Shown here: positions 7,520-16,402 of the stretch, piece by piece
Layout: the number at the start of each line of letters is the position of its first letter
Numbering within the stretch: position 1 is the first letter of the stretch
Source of the DNA: a virus
DNA length: 64,000 bases
IMG/VR virus record: IMGVR_UViG_3300045136_000892
Direction: 5' to 3' (one strand)
Program-made: the position numbers and the translations under genes
Notes under the pieces: model-generated
What the model saw: the letters and a program-made list of their open reading frames with translations, nothing else
Database searches by the model: none
What the model was told of the DNA's origin: nothing

Positions 7520-7624
7520 ATGGAAGATAGACACGGTAACCCGGCCATCGTGCTGGGCTTTGCGCTTATGGGCATTTCAGGCGGCCTGGCCGGGCTGCTG
7601 CTCGGATGGATCATCTGGGGGTAG
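7520..7624 (+). CDS. 34-aa single-TM peptide, type I toxin-like
   Basis: MEDRHGNPAIVLGFALMGISGGLAGLLLGWIIWG; GGGGA Shine-Dalgarno upstream. Below the ORF-track length cutoff. Confidence 0.6.
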   Translation: MEDRHGNPAIVLGFALMGISGGLAGLLLGWIIWG

Positions 7625-7631
7625 GTGCCGA

Positions 7632-8588
7632 TCAAGCCACCATCCACCTCTGGCTATACCCCTTCCACTGCCGCGACACAGGCGCAGCCAGGGCGGCGCC
7701 CACCAGCATCAGATACTGCTCGCCATTGCTCACCCGGCGGTTATCCTCGCGCCATGCCATCTCCGCGGCGTACAGGCCGAGATACGGCCCTGCAATGTGG
7801 TGATGCGTGCCGACCTCGGCCCGGCGCAGGCGGCTGAAATAGCTCTCTGCTTGATTGGTGCAGGCTCCGTTCTCGCTATAGGCCCATTTGTGGTTCACCC
7901 GCTTCGTCAGATATTTCGCGTGCAGCGCATCCCAAGCGGGCGCTTCATCGGCGTGGATCACCGAGCCAGCGGCCACATGCTTCTGCACCAGGGGCACGGC
8001 CTCATCCTCCGAGCGGAACACGAAGGGTAGCGTCCGGCCCTTGCGCTCGCGCATGACGACGACGACCTGGCGCTTGCCCGTTTGGTTTGCCGCCAGGCGG
8101 CGGTCCTTGCGGTCTTCCTTGCGGTTCTCCGGCTTCACATGCCCGCCGAAATAGCCGCCGTCCACCTCGACCTCCCCCGATAGCTGACACTCGGCACGCA
8201 TCGCCTCGCGGAGTTTGTGGGAGAGCACGAAGGCAGTCCGGTACTGGACGCCCAGGTCGCGGGATAGCTGCAGGGCGCTAATGCCCTTGGCCGCGTTCGT
8301 GAACAGGGCGATGGCCACCAGGATCTCGCGGATCGCCAGCTTGCGGGAGGCGAAGATCGTCCCCGAGGTCACGCTGAACTGGTGGCTGCATGCCTTGCAC
8401 TTCCAGAGCGCCCGCGTCGTGTAGGTGTAGAGGGCGGCGCAGCGGCAGCGGGGGCAGTAGGGCTTGCCGCCCGTATCGGCCCAGCGGATGGCCTGGAACG
8501 CCTCGGCGGCCTGCTCGTCCGTCATGGCCATGATCGCCCTCAGAGAGAGGGACCGGGCGGCGGAGGAGAGGAGGAAGTGCTGGGTCAT
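7632..8588 (-). CDS. IS1595-family DDE transposase
   Basis: Zn ribbon CPRC...CKAC, FSVTSGTIF, HTH, GEVEVDGGYFGG, IHADE, VNH, TNQAESYF, LYAAEMAWRE. Confidence 0.95.
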   Translation of the reverse strand: MTQHFLLSSAARSLSLRAIMAMTDEQAAEAFQAIRWADTGGKPYCPRCRCAALYTYTTRALWKCKACSHQFSVTSGTIFASRKLAIREILVAIALFTNAAKGISALQLSRDLGVQYRTAFVLSHKLREAMRAECQLSGEVEVDGGYFGGHVKPENRKEDRKDRRLAANQTGKRQVVVVMRERKGRTLPFVFRSEDEAVPLVQKHVAAGSVIHADEAPAWDALHAKYLTKRVNHKWAYSENGACTNQAESYFSRLRRAEVGTHHHIAGPYLGLYAAEMAWREDNRRVSNGEQYLMLVGAALAAPVSRQWKGYSQRWMVA

Positions 8589-8701
8589 GGTTCGCGCTAT
8601 CGGTTACTTGTTGTCATTTATAACAACACAGGCGGCGCGACTTGTCAAAGGAAAAGTTGTCGTTTATGCTAACTGAATCGCATTAGCGGCAAGGAATCGG
8701 C

Positions 8702-8944
8702 ATGGAGAAGGACGAGAAACGGCAGGATTTGGAGGAGCGGCTGGGACGTTACCTCAAGGCGATGCTGAAAGCGGGCGGGCTCACCTACGAGGAACTGGCC
8801 GAAGGGCTGAAGGCCCACGGCTTCCCGGAGGAGACCAAGGCATCCATCGCCAGCAAGCTGGCCCGAGGATCTTTCTCGGCAGCGTTCCTGGTGGCGGCGC
8901 TGCGGGTGGCGAAGCGGGAGGGGATCAGGTTGGAGGATGTGTAG
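8702..8944 (+). CDS. DUF6471-like HTH regulator, divergent from the transposase
   Basis: LKAMLKAGGLTYEELAEGL...ETKASIASKLARGSFSAAFL; GTTGTC(A/G)TTTAT repeats in the intergenic region. Confidence 0.8.
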   Translation: MEKDEKRQDLEERLGRYLKAMLKAGGLTYEELAEGLKAHGFPEETKASIASKLARGSFSAAFLVAALRVAKREGIRLEDV

Positions 8945-9019
8945 TTTTCGCTGTTTAAAGAAGGGTAATGATGGTAGAATAATCCTCGAACATCATAATG
9001 ACTATCGAGAAGCTTCGCT

Positions 9020-9208
9020 ATGAATGAGCGCGACATGTTGATTAGCATATTCTATGCTATCTGCGGACTAGCAGAGAAGCTGACCGGCGAGCAAATGGTC
9101 GTAACTATGACCAGCGAATCCGGCCAGCGTTTCTCTATGCATGGGCAGGGCGTGACTTGGGAACGTACTTCTCGGGAGGCGACTGAAGACCCGCCCTGTC
9201 AGTCGTAG
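9020..9208 (+). CDS. Small hypothetical protein
   Basis: 62-aa ORF overlapping the 3' end of the convergent ORF. Confidence 0.35.
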   Translation: MNERDMLISIFYAICGLAEKLTGEQMVVTMTSESGQRFSMHGQGVTWERTSREATEDPPCQS

Positions 9209-9506
9209 CCAAAGTGGACCAGGCTGATTGCAACTCGTCCTTCGCGGTGTGGACGTTCTTAAGTGCCTGATGAATCTGATCCGCAGTCGGCCAACGGTTT
9301 GCGTCTGGGCTTGGCCGCGAATCCGAGCGAATCATAACAGCTTCGGCTGGCATTATGACGCTGCAATTGCTGAATGAGAATCGTAGCGGCGATTCAAACA
9401 ACATCATCGCCACACCCCGAATCATGCCGATCATTTCGTCGCAGCGGGCGGTAGCTTCTTCGTACTTTACTCTGGCATCCAGATAGCGTCTTACAGGGTC
9501 GGTCAT
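9135..9506 (-). CDS. Hypothetical protein
   Basis: 123 aa with AGGAG RBS. Confidence 0.6.
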   Translation of the reverse strand: MTDPVRRYLDARVKYEEATARCDEMIGMIRGVAMMLFESPLRFSFSNCSVIMPAEAVMIRSDSRPSPDANRWPTADQIHQALKNVHTAKDELQSAWSTLATTDRAGLQSPPEKYVPKSRPAHA

Positions 9507-9556
9507 CAGTATGTACTCCTATGGCGTTTTGCGCAGCCACAGCAGCAGACGACCGC

Positions 9557-9672
9557 TTGACGGAAAGACAGGCAGAATGGTATCATTCGCCTTGTTATTG
9601 CTGATTCCACAAGCGGTCGTCCAAAACTACTGTGGATCTGAATGAAGGCCGGGTTCCTCCCGGCCTTTTTTC
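9557..9672 (+). ncRNA. Putative ~80-nt antisense sRNA with its own promoter and intrinsic terminator
   Basis: TTGACG-18 nt-(TG)TATCAT promoter; terminator AAGGCCGGG-TTCCT-CCCGGCCTT-TTTT; no ORF between them. Confidence 0.5.
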
Positions 9673-9727
9673 ATTTCAGACAAGCGATATGATATAAGTT
9701 TTTCATGCCATTGAATAGATTTAAAAA

Positions 9728-12571
9728 TTAGCTTTCCGTCCGCACGCAATCCCCTGTCACGAACTCCCCCGCGTCCTTTACGCACGGAGGAAGCCCCGGC
9801 CCGACGATGGGCTTCATTGAAGCCTCGCGGTCGGCCAGCTCGCCGTTCAGCTTCAGCAGGAATGCCAGCGGATCGTCCTTCGCCCTCATGCCGTAGGCGG
9901 CACGCACGGCAGCGTCCAGCGCGTCCTGGGCATCCCGCAGCGGGTTCTTGCCCGGCGTCTCCAGCGTGCGGTACAGCTCACGCAGGCTCCAGTTATTCTC
10001 GGCCATGACCTTGCGGCGCAACTGCCGCAGGGCAACGGCGGCCTCGGCCACATTCTTCGCCTGCGGCAGCGTCGGCTTCTGCGGCCAAGGGAAGGTGTCG
10101 AACACCGTGTCGCTCGTGTAACGGAAGTCGCCCTTGAGCGTGGAGCAGCGGGCGACGAACCACGCCCAGTGGATGCCCGATTGCAGGATGCCGAACGAGT
10201 AGTCGTCGGGGAGGGTGAAGAGCTGCAAAGCGTCGTTCGGATGGATGTCTGAAGCGATGAACTCGAAGATGGGGCGCTTCGTCACGCGGGCGCAGGCGAT
10301 GTAGCGGGGTAGCCCGGCCAGGCGTTCCAGCATCTCCGGGCGTCCACGCCAATATTTCCACCAGCGTTGGTAGTGGCTCTGGCGCGGCCCGTTGGGCTTG
10401 CCCGTCTCCTCCCGTTCCTTGTCGGCGTTCGCCTTCATCGTCGGCAGGACATGCGTTTCCACATGCCGGAAGGCCAGCCCATGCCGCTTCGCCGCCAGAA
10501 TGTCGGGGCAGTGGTTCAGGTCAATGGCGTAGCGTGAGGGCTCCCCCGTGGATAGAAGGTCATCCCCGGTGAGATAGGGATGAACGACCGGCTTTGCTGC
10601 CGCGTCCTTCATCATTTCCTGGGCCTCTGCCGGACTCAACAGGAATCCCTCGTGACCGTGCGTCTGCCCCTGGTAGCAGGCCCCGGAGTCCATGTTCGCC
10701 CGCAGGCGCTGCGCCCCCGTCACGTCAAATCCAGCCGAGAGGGCTGGGCCAATCTCATCTACCTCCACAGCCTCCCATGGGCTATGCCGATCATCCCCGA
10801 GCTGGGTGAACAGCTTTTTCTTGCCCGGGGCATCGCCCTTAACCCAGTTGGCGATTGAGACGTGCACCACCGCGTCTCCTGACCAGACCTGGGATGAGAC
10901 CGCCTCAGTGATCGTGCCGCCGTTGCCGACGATGTAATCCAGGCCGCCCTCCCGGCTGTAGTTCTGGCGGATGGTATTCGTGCCGACCAGCCCGGCATGG
11001 CCCCCGGCTGGCAGCTCGTCGTGGGCCTTGCGGAACCAGTACACGCAGTAATCCGCACGCCCCGGCACATCCGGGTAGGCCTCCCGCAGCCGGTTCAGGT
11101 AGGCCGGGCCGTATTCCTGCTGCATCTTGTTCTTGGACTGGAAGGGCGGGTTGCCCACGATGGCGTCCGCCTCGGGCCACTCGCAGAACAGGGCGTCGTC
11201 GGCTTTGATGTTGTCGTCCAGGTTGTCCAGAGGCAGGGCCGCGTCGAACTCGATGGGCAGGTCCAACTGCTCCGCGTCGATCCACGCATGGCTCTCGTCG
11301 ATCGCCAGTTCCTTGGCGATCATCAGCGTGACCTTCGCCAGCTCCACGGCGAACTCTTCCTTGTCGATGCCGAAGAACTGCTTGGTACTGACCAGGGAGC
11401 GTGTGCCAACGGCGGCTTGCGCCCGCCTGCCGAACTCGGCATGGATCTTTGCCATGAGGCTGAGTTCCAGCCGTTTCAGCTCCCGGAAGGCGACATAGAG
11501 GAAATTCCCACTGCCGCAGGCTGGGTCGAGGACCCGGAAGCCCCGCAGTTCTTCCAGCAGGGCGCGGAGGTCCTTTAGCGTCTTGGCCCCCTCGATACGC
11601 TCACGCCAGGGGCGGACGATGGTCGGCAGCACGACCTTCTGGATGTCCGCCTCGGAGGTGAAATGCGCCCCGTAGGCATGTCGCCGCTCCTTGCCCATGC
11701 TGCTCTGGAAGAGCGTGCCGAAGATGGGCGGCTGAACCTTGCTCCAGTTCTCCTCGGCGGCCTTCAGCAGCAGGTCGATCTCCTCCGGCACCAGCTCCAG
11801 CGGGTTGACCGTCTGGAAGATGCCGCCGTTGAAATAGCGCACGCCCTTGAAGCGCCCGCCCTTGGCCGGGGCCTGCGCGTTCATCTGCCGAAACAGCCCG
11901 CCGATTAGGTCGTAGGTGCTTTCGCCCCGCTTGCAATCATCCAGCAACTCGCTGAACAGCCCGCGCGGCAGCAGTTCCGCATCCTCGGAGAACATCGCCA
12001 CCACGCATTGCAGGGCGAACCGCTGGGCCTGCTCCCGGTCCTCGCCCCGCGCCACCAGCGAGTTGAACACACCCGCCACGTTCGCAGCCGCTGCCCGCGT
12101 GACGTCCACGCGGTTGTTGCCGAACTGCGGCTTCTTCTCGACGGGGAAGAGGAAGTTGAAGGCCGTGTACCGATGGGGCAACTCTTCGAGGGCCACCGTG
12201 TCCACAGGATCGTTGAGCTGGGAGTCGAAGTCGTAGATCCAGAATTCGTCGAAGTTGCAGAGCACCACATACTTGGGGCGCTGGGGGACGAGCTGGAGCC
12301 AGTATTCAAACGCCTGGGTATAGTGCTTCTGGAGCTTCTCGCCCCGTTTCTTCATCTCCATGAGCAGGCGGGGCCGCCAGAGGAGGTCGGCGAACTTCGT
12401 GCTCTTGGCTCCCTTCACCCGGAATTCCAGCGTGGCTCCGGCTTCCTTGTAGCCGCCATGCCCGAACGCCTTGAACAGGCGGTCGCAGAAGACCTGAGCC
12501 TCGCCCTTCTCGTCGCCTTTCAGCGTGCGGGCGTAGTCGATAAACTCGCGGATCGGCTCGGCGGGATTCAT
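9728..12571 (-). CDS. Type IIL (MmeI-like) fused restriction endonuclease-N6A methyltransferase
   Basis: N-terminal ADLL...EMK nuclease motif; GAHFTS, DPACGSGNF, GNPPF; C-terminal target-recognition region FGILQSGIHWAW...RYTSDTVFDTFPWP. Confidence 0.93.
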   Translation of the reverse strand: MNPAEPIREFIDYARTLKGDEKGEAQVFCDRLFKAFGHGGYKEAGATLEFRVKGAKSTKFADLLWRPRLLMEMKKRGEKLQKHYTQAFEYWLQLVPQRPKYVVLCNFDEFWIYDFDSQLNDPVDTVALEELPHRYTAFNFLFPVEKKPQFGNNRVDVTRAAAANVAGVFNSLVARGEDREQAQRFALQCVVAMFSEDAELLPRGLFSELLDDCKRGESTYDLIGGLFRQMNAQAPAKGGRFKGVRYFNGGIFQTVNPLELVPEEIDLLLKAAEENWSKVQPPIFGTLFQSSMGKERRHAYGAHFTSEADIQKVVLPTIVRPWRERIEGAKTLKDLRALLEELRGFRVLDPACGSGNFLYVAFRELKRLELSLMAKIHAEFGRRAQAAVGTRSLVSTKQFFGIDKEEFAVELAKVTLMIAKELAIDESHAWIDAEQLDLPIEFDAALPLDNLDDNIKADDALFCEWPEADAIVGNPPFQSKNKMQQEYGPAYLNRLREAYPDVPGRADYCVYWFRKAHDELPAGGHAGLVGTNTIRQNYSREGGLDYIVGNGGTITEAVSSQVWSGDAVVHVSIANWVKGDAPGKKKLFTQLGDDRHSPWEAVEVDEIGPALSAGFDVTGAQRLRANMDSGACYQGQTHGHEGFLLSPAEAQEMMKDAAAKPVVHPYLTGDDLLSTGEPSRYAIDLNHCPDILAAKRHGLAFRHVETHVLPTMKANADKEREETGKPNGPRQSHYQRWWKYWRGRPEMLERLAGLPRYIACARVTKRPIFEFIASDIHPNDALQLFTLPDDYSFGILQSGIHWAWFVARCSTLKGDFRYTSDTVFDTFPWPQKPTLPQAKNVAEAAVALRQLRRKVMAENNWSLRELYRTLETPGKNPLRDAQDALDAAVRAAYGMRAKDDPLAFLLKLNGELADREASMKPIVGPGLPPCVKDAGEFVTGDCVRTES

Positions 12572-12782
12572 TTGCTACCAAGGAGTTATGGCCAGAACAG
12601 CTTAGAGGAACGCGGCGGTTTGGCAAGCGATTCTACCGCCCCGCCATGCCCTCAACCACCCGCTGGTGAGGCTGGTGCATAATGGCGTGAGAATCACGAT
12701 GCCGCGTCTCTCCCCTGGTGATTATGCAAGCCTTGTTTTGGAGTCCGGGCCAGGCGCAGAACGCACTGGAGCTGTAGCCCGG

Positions 12783-13994
12783 TCAGCCCGGCGCGACGGG
12801 TGGGGTCCTCGGCGGGGGATTCTGGGTCCGTTGGCTGGCCGGGCTCGGGCAGAAGTGCTTGAAGTCGCAGGCAACGCAATCCCGCTCCTCGCCGCACGGC
12901 TGCCAGTTGTTAGGGATGTTCCCCGAATTGTGCTCCTGCATGGCCGATAGCTCGATCTGCTCGACCACCTGGTCGATCTGGGCCACTGCGTTCAGCACCT
13001 GGGCATCGGAGACGTCGATGACCCTGATCGCGCGCCGGAGGCGGAAGCCGATCGATAGTTGAGGAGCTGGCACCCCGGGGCCCGGCTGCCATTGGTGCAG
13101 GGCGTAGTAGTCCGCCGAGCCGTTCTGAGGCACCACATCCGTACGGCCGTGCCTGACCTCCTGCTGCAGCTCTTCCAGGTCGGTGCGTGACGGCCGAAGC
13201 TCATTGATGTAGATGAGCAATCCGGCGCCTATAGGCCTCGCCTGCGGCACCTGGCGGCAGAGCCACGCATACGTCTGGACTTGCCACTCCTCGTGCTCCC
13301 AGTGAGACGATGTGGTCGCTCCAGGGACGGGCAGGCGGGGGCGGCGGGCCGCCTTGTAATCCACGATGAGGTCGTAATCCGGCTCGGACACGGTCGCGAT
13401 GCTGTTGACCAGTTGCACGAGGGGATTCGTTGGCTGCGTGCTCATGCCGATGCTCGATATGACGTCGACCACGCCCGACAACTCGTATCGGTCGGCGCCA
13501 CCCCGGGCCGGGTTCCCTCCGCCAGGCAGCGGTGGCATTGCCCGCGTGCCAGAGATCCTGTGTTCGGCGGCAGTGATCAGCGGGAAGAGGTGCGGGGCGA
13601 GGATATTGATGGCCGCCTCGACTCGCGCGTAGGCCGAATCCCTGGCAGCCTGGCTCCGCGGCCGTTTCCCGCTGGCGGCCAACCGTGCCTCCACCATATC
13701 CCCGAGGACGCCGATGTCGTGAGGGGGCCGCGCCGGCGGCGTGGGCGGAGGCGGCCAAGGCGTCTGGTTGCAGGGCCAGGGGAAGGGCGTCTGGTACGCC
13801 AGCCAGTGCCGGTAAGCCTCCTCCAGAACGCTATGGACGAATTCGCCCGTCCACATCTGCACGGGACGCGACGGCGGCAGCGAGCTGCCATTGTAGTAAC
13901 GGTATTGCAGCGCACAGCGCTGAAAGGAAAGGATATCCCCTGTAAGGCTATAATTCGGGACCTGGAACGGCATCCCGCGCGTGCCCAAAGCCAT
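12783..13994 (-). CDS. PD-(D/E)XK RecB/Cas4-like nuclease with 4Fe-4S staple
   Basis: N-terminal FQRC and GEFVH; GVVDVI...IVDYK...QVQTY; C-terminal CVACDFKHFC. Confidence 0.85.
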   Translation of the reverse strand: MALGTRGMPFQVPNYSLTGDILSFQRCALQYRYYNGSSLPPSRPVQMWTGEFVHSVLEEAYRHWLAYQTPFPWPCNQTPWPPPPTPPARPPHDIGVLGDMVEARLAASGKRPRSQAARDSAYARVEAAINILAPHLFPLITAAEHRISGTRAMPPLPGGGNPARGGADRYELSGVVDVISSIGMSTQPTNPLVQLVNSIATVSEPDYDLIVDYKAARRPRLPVPGATTSSHWEHEEWQVQTYAWLCRQVPQARPIGAGLLIYINELRPSRTDLEELQQEVRHGRTDVVPQNGSADYYALHQWQPGPGVPAPQLSIGFRLRRAIRVIDVSDAQVLNAVAQIDQVVEQIELSAMQEHNSGNIPNNWQPCGEERDCVACDFKHFCPSPASQRTQNPPPRTPPVAPG

Positions 13995-14009
13995 GTTCCG
14001 CTCCTCCGG

Positions 14010-16394
14010 TCAGATGAGAGCTACAGTGCCAGCAGGGCAGTTCTGGCTCCATTGGTTCGCCGGCACGAACGTCAGCCCACGCGAGCCGTCGCTCAGGTTG
14101 CCTGCCGAGATGCAGGGTACCGGGCTGACGCGGATCTGCGTGGTGAGGCCGGCGAGGAGCAGTACGTTCTCGGGTCGGCTGTAGGCGACGAAGTAGAGCC
14201 GCCGGATGTCGTCCCAGGCGCGGTCAAGGTCGGACCTCGTGGTCCGGAGCGCCCCGATCGGACAGTATTGCGCCACGTCCGATTCGACAACGTGAACGCT
14301 GTCGCCCTGGTCGGGGCAGCGAGCACGGCGCTGCGTATGGTGGTTCGTCCTGAAATCACTCCCGACATCGACGATGACCAGCGGAAATTCGAGCCCCTTG
14401 GCCTGATGCACCGTCATCAAGGGGAAGTAATTCCTAGGCACATACGGCATGATCTCTTCGTCGACGTCCACGCTCTCCGTTGCGAAGGACTCGAAAACGG
14501 CACGGATAGCCTGCTGCACGGAATTGGCATCGTGCGGCGGATTCCCGTGCAGGATCTGCGCGCTGTAGGAGGACATCTGGCCGACCTCCGAAATCGTCCT
14601 GGCTACGGCCTCCAGATAGACCTGCCCCTCGGGGTTGTCCTGGAATTCGGGGAACCATGTGGTGAGCGTGAACATGAGCTCCAGAAGCGGCCATTCCCGG
14701 GGCCAGTTCGCCGTGCCGGTGCGTGGCGTGCGGGTCCGCCAGTCCTGGACGAACTGGCCAAGGCCGCCCGGCGCGGGATTGGTGGCGATGAAGGCTTGAG
14801 CCGCCGCACGCCAGGCCATCATCCTCGCGCGGACAGCCTGGCTCATCGACGTCGCCGGAATGGCACCGAGGACCGTGGCGTTCGGATCGATGCACTCCAG
14901 CCCCAAGCCGAGCAGCCGTTGCACCGCCGGAATGTCGCTGAGCGCCTGCCCGCGGGGGTTGAACGTGCTGATCCCCCGGGCCTGCAGCGATTGCCGCATC
15001 ATGAGCGGTAGTCGGTCTCGTGGATTGTTGCCGCCTGTCCTCTCCCGGACGGAGTGCGCCAGCAGCACGCTATCCCCGAAGTCGCCGCCCGGCGGTGAGG
15101 TGATGGTGAACGTCGCGTTGGCGCAGGCGACCTGACGACCCGGACCCCGGAAAATATCCCAGAGGAATTGGGTCAGGTCGCCGGCCAGCGTCTGGACGTC
15201 GGTCCTGAACATGCCGAGGATTGGCACGTTCCTGGTTGGATGCGTGGCGTGTGGTGCCGAGGCGACGAGCGGGACCTTCCCCGGCGCGCGAGCGGGCAGG
15301 AAGCCTGTGTCCATCGTGATGAAGTGCTGGCAGAAATTCACCACGCGCTGCGTCGAGCGGTAGTTCCTGAACAGGTCGACGCGGTTGGGCGCCCAGGCCG
15401 GGCCCAGGGCTTGCACGATCCGACTCTGGAAATTGGCAAAAATCTCTACCGTGGCCCCACGGAATCGGTAGATGGACTGGTCATCATCGCCGACGACGGT
15501 CAGGCTCGCGTTGCTGTGACGACACAGCTCCAGATAGATCTGCTCCTGGAGGTAATTGGTGTCCTGAAATTCGTCGATCAGCAAGGCGTCCAACCCGTCG
15601 ACGACGGGGCCAAGTTGGCCAGTCTGCAGTCGCTCAAGCACCAGGTGCTCCAGCCGCCCAAAATCCGCCAGATAATTCGCGCTCAGGTAGTTGAAGTAGT
15701 CGTTGATGGCGTCCACCAGCACCTGACGACCCGAGCCGGCCGCCGCATAGGCGGCCATGTCGATGAGGTCGTGTCGCATGCGATCGGCAAAGCCGGCGAC
15801 CGCCCGCAGCTTGTCAGCCAAGGAATTATTGAAGTTGGACGTCAACGACAGGGCGTTCAGCAGGGCGTCTAGCTGGGGATCGCGGAAGCGGCCTTGGGGG
15901 AATAGGGCGTGACGCCGCATGATGCTCTTCGCCAGAAACCCCTCGATCGTCGCCGGGATGATCTCGCCGGGGGCGCGGCACTCGACAAGGAATTCCTCGG
16001 CCAGCGAGTCCAGCGTGCCCGTCCGCAGCGCGTTGACGTCGATATTCCGGAGCCATGCCTCCCGGGCCACGTCGTGACTCGCCGCCGAATCGGCTACGGC
16101 GCGATTCATCACCGCGTAGCCCCACGACAGGGCCCGCGAGCGCAGTTCGCCCGCCGCTTTCCTCGTAAAGGTCGTGGCGATTATCCGACCCGGGGCAATC
16201 TGGTCCACCAGCATCAGCTTGAGCATTCGCAGAACCAGCACGGTCGTCTTGCCCGCGCCCGGTCCCGCCACAATGAAAGTGGGCGGGGTTGGGGGTGCCT
16301 GGACGGCCTGGTCTTGCTCCGCGTTGAGCCAATTCTGCTGGAATCGCGGGATGACAGCCCGCACGGTCGCTACAAATTCGGGGTAACTGAGCAT
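14010..16394 (-). CDS. UvrD/REP SF1 helicase
   Basis: AGPGAGKT, TFTRKAA, IDEFQD, VGDDDQSIYRFRGA, NYRS, TVHQAKGLEF, RRLYFVAYSR. Confidence 0.93.
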   Translation of the reverse strand: MLSYPEFVATVRAVIPRFQQNWLNAEQDQAVQAPPTPPTFIVAGPGAGKTTVLVLRMLKLMLVDQIAPGRIIATTFTRKAAGELRSRALSWGYAVMNRAVADSAASHDVAREAWLRNIDVNALRTGTLDSLAEEFLVECRAPGEIIPATIEGFLAKSIMRRHALFPQGRFRDPQLDALLNALSLTSNFNNSLADKLRAVAGFADRMRHDLIDMAAYAAAGSGRQVLVDAINDYFNYLSANYLADFGRLEHLVLERLQTGQLGPVVDGLDALLIDEFQDTNYLQEQIYLELCRHSNASLTVVGDDDQSIYRFRGATVEIFANFQSRIVQALGPAWAPNRVDLFRNYRSTQRVVNFCQHFITMDTGFLPARAPGKVPLVASAPHATHPTRNVPILGMFRTDVQTLAGDLTQFLWDIFRGPGRQVACANATFTITSPPGGDFGDSVLLAHSVRERTGGNNPRDRLPLMMRQSLQARGISTFNPRGQALSDIPAVQRLLGLGLECIDPNATVLGAIPATSMSQAVRARMMAWRAAAQAFIATNPAPGGLGQFVQDWRTRTPRTGTANWPREWPLLELMFTLTTWFPEFQDNPEGQVYLEAVARTISEVGQMSSYSAQILHGNPPHDANSVQQAIRAVFESFATESVDVDEEIMPYVPRNYFPLMTVHQAKGLEFPLVIVDVGSDFRTNHHTQRRARCPDQGDSVHVVESDVAQYCPIGALRTTRSDLDRAWDDIRRLYFVAYSRPENVLLLAGLTTQIRVSPVPCISAGNLSDGSRGLTFVPANQWSQNCPAGTVALI

Positions 16395-16402
16395 CGTGGG
16401 CC

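Larger units (their letters stand above)
5826..12687. mobile_element. IS1595-family cargo transposon, about 6.86 kb
   Basis: 24-bp terminal inverted repeats CGCCATTATGCACCA(A/G)CCTCACCA at 5826-5849 and 12664-12687 (one mismatch) enclose an IS1595 transposase. No 8-bp target duplication is visible. Confidence 0.85.

Noticed and set aside
12717-12735. GGTGATTATGCA as the end of a second IS1595 element
   Set aside because: I found no matching inverted copy or second transposase in the window.
12783-13994. cas4 of a CRISPR-Cas system
   Set aside because: No cas1/cas2 or array; it is coupled to a UvrD helicase.
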